Part shown: piece after piece, positions 63,549-64,000 of the stretch | How the letters are laid out: every line of letters begins with the position of its first letter | Numbering within the stretch: position 1 is the first letter of the stretch | DNA from: Podarcis filfolensis | Taxonomy: Eukaryota | Length of the DNA: 64,000 nucleotides | Assembly: GCA_964270895.1 (NCBI GenBank) | Contig: OZ185441.1 | Strand: one strand, 5' to 3' | Made by a program: the position numbers and the translations under genes | Notes under the pieces: generated by a model | The model's input: only the letters and a program-made list of their open reading frames with translations | Told to the model about the DNA's origin: nothing | Databases searched by the model: none

Positions 63549-64000
63549 AGTACTAAAAACAGTTTGAAACAACCTAAAATTACAAAGGTAAGGTAGGTAC
63601 TAAAAATAGACATCTCAAGTGTCAAAAGCCAGGGTGAAAGATCCACACTGAAAGCCTTTTGTATCTGTGGAGGTCACCCAAACATTTAAGAACCCTGGAA
63701 CAGAAGGGGGTCTAAAACAAGCAGGGAACCTCGTGGGTACACTAAACAAGGCCAGCCTACCATTAGGAAAAATATGAGGCAGCAGACAATTGCCTTCCAC
63801 AAATTCAATGGCAATGGGGTGAAGGAGAACGCTTTCACTTGCCCCCACTGGCCCTTCTCTCGTGATTTAACTTAAATCTGATGCCTGCATGAGGATTTTA
63901 TTTTGTCATAATAAGAGGACCAGACTCTACCATGCTAGAGGGAGCTTCTTATCTGACCCTTCCCAGTAGAGGTAAAGTGGAGAGGGTGCATTTCTACTGC

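Overview
Vertebrate genomic DNA from a squamate reptile. The repeat complement (Sauria SINEs, short tRNA-head/CR1-tail SINEs, BovB, CR1, L2, RTE, Penelope, mariner-type MITEs) suggests a lacertid lizard. The one well-supported protein-coding gene is ALKAL1 (FAM150A, secreted ligand of ALK/LTK) on the minus strand: CDS join(55584..56004, 30020..30073, 28956..29036, 28216..28280), 206 aa. It has a non-coding last exon (~26943..27223), a 25.5-kb first intron and a TATA-containing CpG-island promoter near 56.6 kb. The rest is intergenic or intronic sequence with many transposable elements, including a near-complete Chapaev3-type DNA transposon (77..2185) and an approximately 2.5-kb CR1 containing a 134-N assembly gap. 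Most notable: a Penelope-derived minimal hammerhead ribozyme (7176..7213), a 176-bp Penelope palindrome with both ribozyme cores deleted, an extended ALKAL1 N-terminal region with an ALKAL2-like helix, a long 5' leader with two ATGA-coupled uORFs, and an inverted pair of young SINEs in intron 1. All analysis was done by eye; family names come from recalled consensus sequences, and no searches were run.
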